From: Spirochaetota bacterium
GTDB taxonomy: Bacteria > Spirochaetota > UBA4802 > JAFGDQ01
Direction of reading: 5' to 3'
Length of the DNA stretch: 64,000 nucleotides
Assembly: GCA_034190085.1 (NCBI GenBank)
Contig: JAXHTS010000071.1
Span: forward strand, 3,032-67,031
Part shown: one piece after another, positions 53,501 to 63,118 of the stretch
How positions within the stretch are numbered: position 1 is the stretch's first letter
Layout of the letters: each line of letters begins with the position of its first letter
The notes under the pieces: model-generated
Told to the model about the DNA's origin: nothing
What the model saw: the letters and a program-made list of their open reading frames with translations, nothing else
The model's database searches: none
Program-made: the position numbers and the translations under genes

Positions 53501-56215
53501 CGCGCCATCTCCCATGGTTATCTGACTAAGCTTAGGGCCTGTGCCAATTATCGTTTGAACATTTCCATCAAATTGATACCCGATATCCTCCTCTATCCCA
53601 GCGGAGGGATCATAATCGAGAAATCCATTATTATTGACATCCTCAGTATCGAGCAGATCATCATCATCGGAATCCTCGTTTATCCTTCCGATGTCAATGC
53701 AGAAATCAACTTCACCACTAACACCCTCTGCGCGATACCATATCTCTACATATTGCAATCCTGAAAAATCAACAGCCATAGCAGAGGGCATTGGGGTTAC
53801 AATTGGAATGCAATCACCAGTAGAGAAATCGAAATTCAAAACCAGGGACCTCTGCGTTTCAAGCGGTTGGATTGAATCAGGTATATGTCCAATCGCTACA
53901 TTATAAGGACCTGGTTTTATTGAATATGAGACGCTATAGGGGATAAAGTCAATCCCCCTTAGTGTATCAGGATGAAATGGATCTCTATAGTAGTAATAAT
54001 ACAAAATTCCCCTATTGTCTTGAGCTAAACCGATAGGCATCGATGAAAGCCACCAGTCCTTCTCGGATAGAGAGAGGGGTACAATCTCATCAGTTGCCTC
54101 CATGCTATCGATTAGTGCTTTGCCAAAGGTATTGATTTTTTTGTAGCTTCTAGCATATTCCGCATAACAATCTATTTCCACTGGAACTGATTTGGGCTTT
54201 ATGCCAGTAATATTATTTATGAATCTCTTTAATCTTGCTTCTCCAAGATGTAGTGACGTGTCTCCCTCAAAAACAAGGGTCTGTTCTGGCTCACTTCCGA
54301 TATTAGGAATTACATCATCCCCGGATTCCCTTGTATAAAGGAGAGTACCCCCAACGTCAAGACTCCTATTTACCCTATAATCACCACGTATTCCGCCACT
54401 AAAGGACTTAGACTGTGAATTAAAGGGTAGATACTCGTATTTTACCTCGATCTCTGTCTTTGGGCCAATTAGCGGATTATTGGGATCAATGAATTCTAAA
54501 AAACCTGAAGTATAATCGAGTGAGTATAATGAGGGTGCTATTTCTAAGCCGTTTATTCGTATCCGAACACTCTCTGGAATTATATTAAAATGCTTTAACT
54601 GAAAGCTTCTGGCCTCCCTGTAATAATCAATTCTAATCTTATAAATAGATGAAAGATAAGCATTCGTCTGTTGCTTTTCAGAATAGATCACATCTGCATC
54701 ATTCATATCCAAGAGCTGCCGGAAGGGCTCCCTAAGGTGGAACTCTACTATACCATTGGTATAATCCACAGAATATTTCCCCAACTTAGCAACATCACTC
54801 TTTGGCAAAAGTGTATTTTCTCTATAAAAAAGTATTCTGAAATTATCCTCCAGAAGCTGTCTGTCCCCAATATTATAGAATGATCGTATCTCATATATAT
54901 CACGATTGATCCTGCCATCACCATTGACATCATCACCATGAGTCTCATCTAGGGAGTATCCATATTTGATGAATACAAAGTTCTTGCCTGAAAACATCCC
55001 ACCAGGGTGATTTGAACTACCTGGAGATAGAGCGCATGGATCTGCGGTAGATCGGTCTTTAAGCCAATATACTGCAAAAATATTCGCATTCTCTGGAATA
55101 TTTTTAATAAAAGTAATTAAGCCAGTGGCATAATTTATCTTATAATCTATGCCGGAAATCAATTTTGAATAATAACAATTATCTAAGGTGAGTCTAATGG
55201 CGTTATAATTATTCTGCGGATTCTTATCATCAATGTATATTTCAAAACCAGATGGTTCAATATTTACAGGATAGAGAGTATAAATTTCTGGATTTGACGG
55301 TGATGACGTGACCACGACAGAATTTAATACCTCTCCATCAGAAGGGATAGATATCCTATTATCATACCTAATAAATGGTTCGATCTGATAGTATATGTTT
55401 CTTATGTATTGATATTCTGATAGCCTGATATAACTCGGAGAAGCATTGCCACGAAATATCTCAATCTCTGTCTCACCCCTTGATACGCTGCCAAAGGCCC
55501 TGATTCTCAAGTTCTCCTTCTTTAAGGCTACATCAATCCCAATACCCTTCATTGAGGTTTCATCAAAAGCAACATACTTTGACTTCTCAAGATTTATATC
55601 AATCTCACCGGCATTTATCTCCCTAATAACCTCTTCCTCACGAATAGCCCGATATCGCATCACATAGTGATTGTCGCTCTTATCACTATCATGGTCAATA
55701 TAAACGGTAAGGCGTCTACCGATATCGCCTTCCATATGAAGTTGCAGTTCATGCTCTGCATTGAATCCATCCTTAATAACCCTTGAAACTGGTTTGTCCT
55801 CATCATATCTACGGTAACTATCCTTTGTAAATTTCGATTTGCCATATAGCAGATCAATCTTAAGCGAACCATAAGAGTTGATATTCACCTCACCCCTCTT
55901 CTCAATGCTGAATCCCTCATCAAAAAGGTTTTCTGTAATAGGTTTATATTTTATTGAGGTGACATATTTCTCCCAATCCCCCTCAAGATATACAAATGGA
56001 TGAGTGATGTTCTCGTTTATTTCATTAATAAATATATTCTCTTTTTGAAGAGAGATGCCTACTTCTCCTCCTTCTGAGTTTGACTCAATATATCTTAGCA
56101 GGATGTCTTTGAAACCTCTTTCCACATAAGTTACTTTTGAAAAGGCAACAGCCAATAAGCATGTTGTCCCCAAATATATTAATAACTTAATACAAAGGGA
56201 CACCCTTATTATCAT
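50570..56215 (-). CDS. Giant secreted outer-membrane protein (1881 aa) with C-terminal beta-barrel signature; SprA-like candidate
   Basis: N-terminal signal peptide. Two D-x-N-x-N-G-x-x-D Ca-binding-type loops (DVNNNGFLDYD, DLNRNGILDKD). Extensive beta-rich Y/F/N/S composition. Terminal ...IGFSLTLLF with C-terminal Phe. Confidence 0.5.
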   Translation of the reverse strand: MIIRVSLCIKLLIYLGTTCLLAVAFSKVTYVERGFKDILLRYIESNSEGGEVGISLQKENIFINEINENITHPFVYLEGDWEKYVTSIKYKPITENLFDEGFSIEKRGEVNINSYGSLKIDLLYGKSKFTKDSYRRYDEDKPVSRVIKDGFNAEHELQLHMEGDIGRRLTVYIDHDSDKSDNHYVMRYRAIREEEVIREINAGEIDINLEKSKYVAFDETSMKGIGIDVALKKENLRIRAFGSVSRGETEIEIFRGNASPSYIRLSEYQYIRNIYYQIEPFIRYDNRISIPSDGEVLNSVVVTSSPSNPEIYTLYPVNIEPSGFEIYIDDKNPQNNYNAIRLTLDNCYYSKLISGIDYKINYATGLITFIKNIPENANIFAVYWLKDRSTADPCALSPGSSNHPGGMFSGKNFVFIKYGYSLDETHGDDVNGDGRINRDIYEIRSFYNIGDRQLLEDNFRILFYRENTLLPKSDVAKLGKYSVDYTNGIVEFHLREPFRQLLDMNDADVIYSEKQQTNAYLSSIYKIRIDYYREARSFQLKHFNIIPESVRIRINGLEIAPSLYSLDYTSGFLEFIDPNNPLIGPKTEIEVKYEYLPFNSQSKSFSGGIRGDYRVNRSLDVGGTLLYTRESGDDVIPNIGSEPEQTLVFEGDTSLHLGEARLKRFINNITGIKPKSVPVEIDCYAEYARSYKKINTFGKALIDSMEATDEIVPLSLSEKDWWLSSMPIGLAQDNRGILYYYYYRDPFHPDTLRGIDFIPYSVSYSIKPGPYNVAIGHIPDSIQPLETQRSLVLNFDFSTGDCIPIVTPMPSAMAVDFSGLQYVEIWYRAEGVSGEVDFCIDIGRINEDSDDDDLLDTEDVNNNGFLDYDPSAGIEEDIGYQFDGNVQTIIGTGPKLSQITMGDGALNSEDLNRNGILDKDEHVITLPGVFTTPSSAISIDGSNTDWENIRIYLDRDRIDDSQIEILKQVESLRLYLLRNSAVKGTIYINSIRFVSSSWRDDSGSLRITKVDTLNDADYRAESYISLVNNNYESLYGDKNDVELSKERETALQIEYDNSTGSASRKFLRPMDIRFYKTMNIWFNFREFSIGDSITLKIGSSEDDYYEYGFSMDYIGIWREIRLKLKSGSNGDVEISNIAGNPDMKRISFIEIGISGVNSGKFWVNDMYVSEPEMLRDSAYWYEGKISFKRPLYISDIGTPVLSDFIIKYIGKGHGYNFNTIGKTMDDIREKSNEVFSSINILPNWRVQLNFSVEDSITDSFNEEVHEESRGETEKKSLLFESDFVSDKYIFPSIKLIYKQDIYDNLKERYISDFRINAHTQNQVYTPTLVLQNRINSKLWGNITTTIVMDAFFQEEDIGRNSVEKGLGELEQFISLNEVEKRQKGGAQIRADYQNSFLFFKPSVNSSTHEIVELKGRMDENDMEILSEVDGGFHLPFVYNKDFKFVGRDKEIGLSFGLRKLTLISPELRLVFNYIEDNFSDYDDSERIISDKYIRSKDANTLVSNRLDLPFAFNKIKGMEFFRNLNISYSRSIFFQEIDVPYEGEGTSSLDEDYGIRRVYNGFADICMNPFDFPPWYPFMGRGNFANGRDYAYRKFNREINYTNGSSAIDYNNNLRLIDNIGVSSTLDFRWIVLNFGMGLNQVSERQNIYGTPQQVVTVSDNLNIIIDLMQIFNFWFFRPNVIGMPYHSASVNAGYDFSRNMIITSNIEEDTHSPNMGIIFKWDRTSLSLNIGMDYRLRKRREYISTDESKRSKSDDIYVTNMQIIDSFKERERGYNFSILYETDVQLIYNLFSNLYELESLPIISLEYSLLLNRYDYSDTVSPEPYDQHLIIGKLTMDLHKNIQGGLSARWALERFRNRDTNGINREIRSYEIGFSLTLLF

Positions 56216-56292
56216 TGACTATTTCTTTATGAGGAATGAAATGATTTTAGAAGAAATGAAAGAACAAATCAGGAATATTATATCAATATTTT

Positions 56293-57288
56293 TTACCAGA
56301 CTCTGCTCATATAGGGATAAGGATTTGATGCGGCATGACCGACCCTAATCTCATAGTGACAATGATTACCGGTTGCTGCTCCGGTTTGTCCCACATAGGC
56401 TATTATTGTGCCCTTCTTCACTCGATCTCCCTTTTTCACTATTATCTTAGAACAGTGGCCATACATCGACTGAAATCCATACTTATGTTTTATTCTTACT
56501 AAATACCCGTAACCGCTTCCCCATCCAGCTGAAACCACCACACCTGGCGCTGTTGCTCTTATCGCTGTGCCTGGTGGAGCGGCAATATCTATCCCAGTAT
56601 GAAAGTCTCTTCCAAAACCAAAAGGGGATCGTCGCCATCCGAATAGTGAAGTAATATGCCCCCTGTTTGGAACAATTGACGGCATATCACCTATTACCTT
56701 GCTTCTAACATCAACAAAGGTTTTAATAGTTTTTATGATATTTGTTGTGCTGACAATATCTTTTTGTAAACCTGCTAACGTAAATATTTCTTCAGGTAGT
56801 ATATTATTAAGGCCCTCAAGTGTATTCAAATCACCCGCATCAGATAAAACACTATTCCATACCTTACCAATATCAATATCACCAACAGTCATTTTATATA
56901 AGTCGCTCACTTCTGGTTTAATATTCTTTATCATCTCATCTATTTTGTTTGTATGCTTTTCAAATCTCAACAAGTGAGATCTTATATCCATGTAATCGGA
57001 CAACAATCTCTGTTCTTCACGCTCGATAGCAGCATTTTTTATGATTGCATAGGTTGAAGTTGATATAACGATCACAAATAGTATCAAGAAAAAGGATAAT
57101 GTAAATTTTGATATTTGAAAATTAAATATTCTCTTCTGGTTATGTGGTATAAACATAACGGTCATCTTTTCATGACCCTTTTCCAAATAACTATCCCATC
57201 TCCTATTGAGTCTCCTCTTATATACATAGTAAGACTCTGAAACCCATTTCTTAATTCTATTTCGATACTTCTTTATCATAAATCTCAT
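56293..57288 (-). CDS. Membrane-anchored M23/LytM-family metallopeptidase (EnvC/NlpD-like)
   Basis: N-terminal TM and a coiled-coil segment. C-terminal M23 domain with HTGIDIAAPPGTAIRA ... GHCSKI ... HCHYE. Sits 77 bp upstream of the giant gene on the same strand. Confidence 0.8.
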   Translation of the reverse strand: MRFMIKKYRNRIKKWVSESYYVYKRRLNRRWDSYLEKGHEKMTVMFIPHNQKRIFNFQISKFTLSFFLILFVIVISTSTYAIIKNAAIEREEQRLLSDYMDIRSHLLRFEKHTNKIDEMIKNIKPEVSDLYKMTVGDIDIGKVWNSVLSDAGDLNTLEGLNNILPEEIFTLAGLQKDIVSTTNIIKTIKTFVDVRSKVIGDMPSIVPNRGHITSLFGWRRSPFGFGRDFHTGIDIAAPPGTAIRATAPGVVVSAGWGSGYGYLVRIKHKYGFQSMYGHCSKIIVKKGDRVKKGTIIAYVGQTGAATGNHCHYEIRVGHAASNPYPYMSRVW

Positions 57289-58052
57289 CTTGCCTTCCTA
57301 TTCCAACTAAATCGTATGACTTTTTCTATTTGATATGCGTTTACTCAATCATAACCCCAATATATGATAATGGATAATCATTCTAAAATAGAATCAAAGA
57401 GGTATGCAGATTGATGACGCTCCAGCAAAAAATCAACTCCAATAATATTTACATTGATAAAAGCTAAATACTAACAATATAGTCGGATATAGAAAGCATA
57501 CTTCAATTAAAAGTAGTTTGTATGAATGTTGATTGTACAATACTTTATATTATCATTACACTAATATCATATCTTCCAAGCTTTATACCCTAAACATAAA
57601 TGGAATCAATGATTCAAATTAACCTTTTCGGTGTATTGCGATAAGACTTTTACGCAATTGCCTCATTAGTATTTCCACAACATACTCGTGACAAATACTA
57701 TGTCATGGAAATCCATTGACGAAGTCCAATATAAAGGACTTATACCATAGCCTTTATCAAAATAAACAACCGCCTATTTTAGATAATATTATTAATTTAA
57801 GCAACCATTTTTTATGGGAATTAAATTTATTATGAATTATGATATTCAAATATAGGATAAATATTATTTTCACGACAATAATAATGATAATAACAGAATG
57901 TGCCAGAGGTTTTTTTAAAGTGTTTAAAAATATAATAAAACTTGTTGAAATATCACTATATTCTAATAATTCTTGCATTCAATTATCATCTTTGCTTCAA
58001 AAAATTGCCCTGAATAATAATAATCGTTCAAAATAACAGGAGGACAACCTAT

Positions 58053-58814
58053 ATGAATTCTTCAGATTCTGTTAACATAGAGAAAACCCTATCTTCTGCA
58101 ATCGATAAAGCGCTTCATCAGGCCAACAATCTGCTTCATATGATCAAGGACTATAAAAAAATAAAAATAAAACAGATTCTTGATCTGGAATACAATCACT
58201 ATTCAATAGATGCTAATGGAGTCGTAAGCATATCATCACGGTGGCCTATTGTTAGGTTGCATGAATTTATTTCTGATGATCTCGGCATCGTACAGGGTGC
58301 GGAAGATATATTGATATATGAAAGGTATATTCAACATGAGGGATTTCCATTAACAGAGTCCAGGTTTCTGACCAGTCTGCGATACAACCCAGAGAATTGT
58401 TGGCATGTTCGCGAGGATATTCAAAATGAATTTCCACATTATGTGGTGCATGGTTCGGATATTCTTATGGTGCAGGCTGGGAGTTTTGCTGGAGCTTCAG
58501 CAATATTGCCAATATTTCATGAAGATGTGATTCTGGGCAATGGATGCATAAGAATCAGGGTAAAGGCTGAAATTTGCGAGGTATTTTATTTGCTAAATGT
58601 CCTTCACTACTATTATTCACAAGGAATAATACAGATTTCACATAAGGGAGCCCGAGACAAAATCACTATAGAATCGTTATTAAACATTCAATTACCGAAT
58701 CCTCCGATGGAGGAGCAGAAGCGTATCGCTGACACACTTCTGAAGCTGTCTGGGGCCATGGTTGCACAAACAACTTACAGCGATGAGATGCTGAATCTTA
58801 AAGGTATGATTTAG
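58053..58814 (+). CDS. Type I restriction-modification specificity subunit (HsdS)-like protein, single target-recognition domain (half-S), orphan
   Basis: TRD-opening motif SRWPIVRLHEFI, GSDILMVQAGSFAGASAIL and the conserved inter-domain motif LPNPPMEEQKRIADTL (cf. LPPLxEQxxI of HsdS). Strong AGGAGG RBS. No hsdM or hsdR in the window. Confidence 0.55.
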   Translation: MNSSDSVNIEKTLSSAIDKALHQANNLLHMIKDYKKIKIKQILDLEYNHYSIDANGVVSISSRWPIVRLHEFISDDLGIVQGAEDILIYERYIQHEGFPLTESRFLTSLRYNPENCWHVREDIQNEFPHYVVHGSDILMVQAGSFAGASAILPIFHEDVILGNGCIRIRVKAEICEVFYLLNVLHYYYSQGIIQISHKGARDKITIESLLNIQLPNPPMEEQKRIADTLLKLSGAMVAQTTYSDEMLNLKGMI

Positions 58815-59147
58815 CGTCATTAGCAACTGCTTGACAATTCATATTATTATTAATCATAAATTGTATGATAGTTAAAAATGAGAACTCCTTATAATGCGTT
58901 GCTTTAGTATAACTATCCTTGTTATAGAGCACTACTCATTAATATCATAATTAATTGATCACAATCATCATGTTTAGAATAAGTCACTCAAGTAATCTTA
59001 ACAGGACTATCTGTGTAGGGATTGAACAAATATTATTATGAAATCGCTGCTAATGGTTAACCATTTATATCTTACGATTACGGCTTTTAATGATATAATG
59101 ATAATTACTAGGAATAATTATACTTCAATAACAAACAGGTTACAGGG

Positions 59148-61022
59148 ATGATCAGTGTTGAGAACCTAACTAAAAATTTCGGGAACAGGCTACTACTTGA
59201 TGAAGTTAGCCTAAAGATTAATTCCAGAGAACGTGTTGGCCTTGTTGGGCGTAATGGACATGGGAAGACCACACTTTTCCGTATCTTAATCGGCGAGGAA
59301 CCTTATGACAAGGGCAGCATCATTATTCCCAAGTACTATCGTATCAGCTATGTTCGTCAAATAATTGATTTTACCCAGGATACAGTATTAAAGGAAGGCA
59401 TGACGGGACTTATGGAAGGAGAACTCGATCATTTTTGGAAAGTCGAGAAAATCCTAGCAGGTCTTGGATTTTCTAATAAGGATATGCAACGAGACCCCAG
59501 AGATTTCTCAGGAGGCTACCAAGTTAGACTGAATCTGGCTAAAGCGCTTGTTTCCGAACCAAATCTTCTTCTTTTAGATGAGCCTACCAATTATCTTGAT
59601 ATCACCTCTATTCGTTGGATTGAACGTTTTCTATTAAACTGGCCTAACGAATTGTTACTTATCACTCACGACAGGAGCTTTATGGACAAGATCGTAACAC
59701 ATACAATTGGAATTCATCGAAAAAAAACGCGCAAAATACTCGGAAATACAGGGAAGCTTTACGCGCAGATTGCTCAAGTGGAAGAGATATATGAAAAAAC
59801 CCGCCTTAAGGATGAGCGTCGGAGGAAAGATGTTGAGCAGTTCATAAACCGTTTCAGGGCTAAAGCTAGACTTGCCAATCTGGTGCAGTCACGTATTAAG
59901 AGCCTGGATAAAATGCAGAAGCGGGATAAGCTTGAAAAAATTCAGACACTCGACTTCTCCTTTAGAGATAACCCATTTTCAGGAAAAAGCGTTCTGAGCG
60001 CTCGGGATGTCTACTTTTCATACAATTCCGATATCCCGCTTATCAAAAATTTTAATATCACTATTAAACCGCGCGATAGAGTCTGTATAATAGGTAAAAA
60101 TGGAAAAGGAAAAACAACGCTTCTAAAGCTATTGGCAGGGACTCTCAATCCTCAAAAAGGTGAAATCATAACTACTCCTAATGTGATTAAAGGATTATTT
60201 GAACAGACAAACATCAAAAGCCTTATAGACAAGAGAACAGTTGAAGAGGAGCTTCTCTATTCACACTCAGATGTGGATAGACAGATGGCTCGCGATATAT
60301 GTGGGGCCATGATGTTTAAGGGCGATGATGCGCTGAAGAGGATCAACGTGCTTTCAGGTGGAGAGAAGAGCAGGGTCATGCTTGGGAAGCTGCTCGTAAC
60401 CCCAGTAAATCTGCTGCTCTTGGATGAACCGACTAACCATCTTGACATGGAGTCATGCGATGCTCTGCTTTCAGCGATTGACAACTTTGATGGCGCTGTA
60501 ATTATTGTAACACACAATGAAATGTTCCTTCACGCCCTTTCGGAAAGGCTTATAGTATTTCAAAATAATCGCATTTATGTTTTTGAGGGGAATTATCAAA
60601 ATTTTTTAGATAATAATGGATGGGAAGAAGAGAAAATATCAATTATATCTACTAATAAAGATGATGCGCTAGATAATGAATATAATACAAAAATCAGTAA
60701 AAAGGATATTAGACGACATCGCTCTCAAATAATCACTGACCGGTCGAGTGTCTTAAAACCCCTTAAAGCACAAATAGACCAGATAGAAGCGGAGATTGAA
60801 GCCAAAGAAGAGGAACTGGAAGAGAACAACAGGTTCATGATAGAGGCGTCAGCATCCCAAGATGGCGAAAGGATATCGGAACTTTCTCAGTCCATACATA
60901 ACTGCAAATCTGTCATTGACAGCCTATTCGATGAGCTTGAGGAGCTAACAAACAACTTTAATGAGCAAAGCGCTCTCTTTGAGAAAAGACTAAATCATCT
61001 TGAACATATCAAAGATTTCTAG
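59148..61022 (+). CDS. ABC-F family ATPase (soluble, two NBDs, C-terminal coiled-coil); probable translation factor rather than transporter
   Basis: Two Walker A motifs (GRNGHGKTT, GKNGKGKTT) and two signature motifs (FSGGYQVR, LSGGEKSR). No TMD. Charged helical tail. Confidence 0.8.
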   Translation: MISVENLTKNFGNRLLLDEVSLKINSRERVGLVGRNGHGKTTLFRILIGEEPYDKGSIIIPKYYRISYVRQIIDFTQDTVLKEGMTGLMEGELDHFWKVEKILAGLGFSNKDMQRDPRDFSGGYQVRLNLAKALVSEPNLLLLDEPTNYLDITSIRWIERFLLNWPNELLLITHDRSFMDKIVTHTIGIHRKKTRKILGNTGKLYAQIAQVEEIYEKTRLKDERRRKDVEQFINRFRAKARLANLVQSRIKSLDKMQKRDKLEKIQTLDFSFRDNPFSGKSVLSARDVYFSYNSDIPLIKNFNITIKPRDRVCIIGKNGKGKTTLLKLLAGTLNPQKGEIITTPNVIKGLFEQTNIKSLIDKRTVEEELLYSHSDVDRQMARDICGAMMFKGDDALKRINVLSGGEKSRVMLGKLLVTPVNLLLLDEPTNHLDMESCDALLSAIDNFDGAVIIVTHNEMFLHALSERLIVFQNNRIYVFEGNYQNFLDNNGWEEEKISIISTNKDDALDNEYNTKISKKDIRRHRSQIITDRSSVLKPLKAQIDQIEAEIEAKEEELEENNRFMIEASASQDGERISELSQSIHNCKSVIDSLFDELEELTNNFNEQSALFEKRLNHLEHIKDF

Positions 61023-61239
61023 ATGAGTCAACAATTCTTCTTTATGCATATTTTTTGTTACTAGTGGACTAATAAACAATACAGAAAGGCCTCTTTTGTA
61101 TTGACTTTTTAAAACCAATATTTCAACATCGATCATATAAACCCTTTTAGCGGATGATCATGAAATAATGAGAGCTGTTTCTCAGGAATTGAGTGATGAA
61201 GACGCAGTCTTCAACAATTTTAATACTCGCGTTTAATCA

Positions 61240-61890
61240 TTGAGTTTGGGAGCAATCATTATGCAGAAAAAAAATCAATTAAAAGCACAGCCATTAACAT
61301 ATAATGGAAGAAAGGAAATTGTTTACTGGTTAACCAAAAGCACAGCTAGAATATTATTATTCCCATTTTTCAGATTGGAAATAAATGGTCGTGAAAATCT
61401 CCCAAAGAGAGGACCCTTTATCCTATTACCCAAACATCAACGTTGGGAGGATGTACCCCTTGTGGGTATTACCCTACCGAAAAATGTATACTATGTTGCC
61501 AAACATGAGCTGTTCAGCAACAACCTCACTAGTTGGTTTTTTGAATCTATTGGGGCTGTGCCATTAAACAGACAACGTCCACTGGAGAGCAGGCCCTATC
61601 TTCGCGCCTTAATAGAATTGATAAAGAAGGGAGAACGGATTGTGCTTTTCCCTGAGGGCACATATTATGTAAATGAAATGGGACCTGGAAATATTGGAAT
61701 CTTGAGGTTTATACTTTCGCGCTTTGATGTTCCATTCATTCCAATTGGAATCTGCTATTCAAAGGTTGGATTCCGGACTGACGTATGTATCTCTATTGGG
61801 AACCCTCTCTATGGTAATTCATCAGAGTCTCCAGAAACCTTTCTAGAAAAGACGATGAAGGAGATCGCTTTTCTCTCAGAACTCATTTAA
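61240..61890 (+). CDS. Lysophospholipid acyltransferase (PlsC-like)
   Basis: HX4D motif in PKHQRWEDVP and a downstream FPEGT motif. Confidence 0.6.
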   Translation: MSLGAIIMQKKNQLKAQPLTYNGRKEIVYWLTKSTARILLFPFFRLEINGRENLPKRGPFILLPKHQRWEDVPLVGITLPKNVYYVAKHELFSNNLTSWFFESIGAVPLNRQRPLESRPYLRALIELIKKGERIVLFPEGTYYVNEMGPGNIGILRFILSRFDVPFIPIGICYSKVGFRTDVCISIGNPLYGNSSESPETFLEKTMKEIAFLSELI

Positions 61891-62105
61891 ATTACTTCTC
61901 TCTGCTATGTAAATATATCAGAATAAGTGAAACAGCATTTTCTCCAATTTGTAAAATCTGAATATTAAGAAAGATGCTATTTCTTAAAAGCAAAATAATT
62001 CCCAAAAAATACTTTACAAAAGTTGCTATCAGGTTCGCCATTAAACCAATGGCTTTTGCCTATGTTCAGTAATTGAGCACCAGTTAACTATTTGGAGGAT
62101 AAATT

Positions 62106-63044
62106 ATGAGAAAGAAAGTGACAATAGTTGGAGCAGGTAATGTTGGCGCCACTACAGCGCAAAGAATTATCGAAAAGGATTTTGCAGATGTTGTTATGAT
62201 CGATATCCTTGAAGGTGTTCCACAGGGAAAAGCTCTGGATATGACTGAGGCGTCAACCCTCATGAAGCATGATTCAATAATTGTAGGCGGAAATGATTAT
62301 AAATTAACAGAGGATTCGGATATTGTTGTCATTACTGCTGGTGTTCCGAGAAAGCCTGGAATGTGCCGTGATGACCTATTGAATACTAACGCGGATATAA
62401 TTAAAAAGGTCGTTGAACAAATTATGCAATACTCCTCAAATACAATCATAATAGTAGTTAGCAATCCACTTGATGCATTGTGCCATGTGGCGTATAAAGT
62501 CAGCGGTCTTCCAAGATCAAGGATAATTGGAATGGCCGCATTACTCGATTCAGCACGTTTTAGGGCCTTTATTGCTATGGAGTTAGGGTATTCTGTAAGT
62601 TCAGTTCGCGGCCTGGTGTTGGGTTCTCATGGAGATCAAATGGTGCCATTAGTGCGATATACCACTGTTGCAGGAATACCACTACAGCAACTACTATCAG
62701 AGGAAAAGATTGAACAATTAGTGCAGAGAACAAAAAATGCTGGAGCCGAGATTGTACGACTCTTGAAATCAGGAAGCGCCTTTTATGCACCATCAGCAGC
62801 AACCTCAATCATGGTAGAATCAATCCTCTCTGATAAAAATAAAATAATCCCCTGTTCTGTTTACTTAGAGGGCGAGTATGGGATTAGTGACCTCTTTGTT
62901 GGTGTTCCAGTTAAGCTTGGTGACTGCGGCGTCAAGGAGATTATTGAGATTGAATTGAATGATGAGGAGAGGAATTCCTTAATGAATTCAGCAAAAGCTG
63001 TAGAGGAACTTGTTAACAAATTAAAAAAAACAGGTTATCTCTAA
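62106..63044 (+). CDS. mdh: Malate dehydrogenase (LDH-like family)
   Basis: [11 protein letters not shown]-binding motif, substrate-specificity Arg in GVPRKPGM (MDH, not LDH) and the catalytic His loop. Confidence 0.85.
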   Translation: MRKKVTIVGAGNVGATTAQRIIEKDFADVVMIDILEGVPQGKALDMTEASTLMKHDSIIVGGNDYKLTEDSDIVVITAGVPRKPGMCRDDLLNTNADIIKKVVEQIMQYSSNTIIIVVSNPLDALCHVAYKVSGLPRSRIIGMAALLDSARFRAFIAMELGYSVSSVRGLVLGSHGDQMVPLVRYTTVAGIPLQQLLSEEKIEQLVQRTKNAGAEIVRLLKSGSAFYAPSAATSIMVESILSDKNKIIPCSVYLEGEYGISDLFVGVPVKLGDCGVKEIIEIELNDEERNSLMNSAKAVEELVNKLKKTGYL

Positions 63045-63118
63045 ATGTTCTGTAAAGATATTTTTAATCTATTGATACTGCCGATGCAACAATATGGGCA
63101 ATTACGAGAATGAAATAA

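Noticed and set aside
57757-58036. Two small overlapping ORFs (73 aa and 65 aa) in the AT-rich gap before the HsdS-like gene
   Set aside because: They have extreme Ile/Leu/Lys/Asn low-complexity translations from AT-rich DNA and no RBS. Most likely non-coding.
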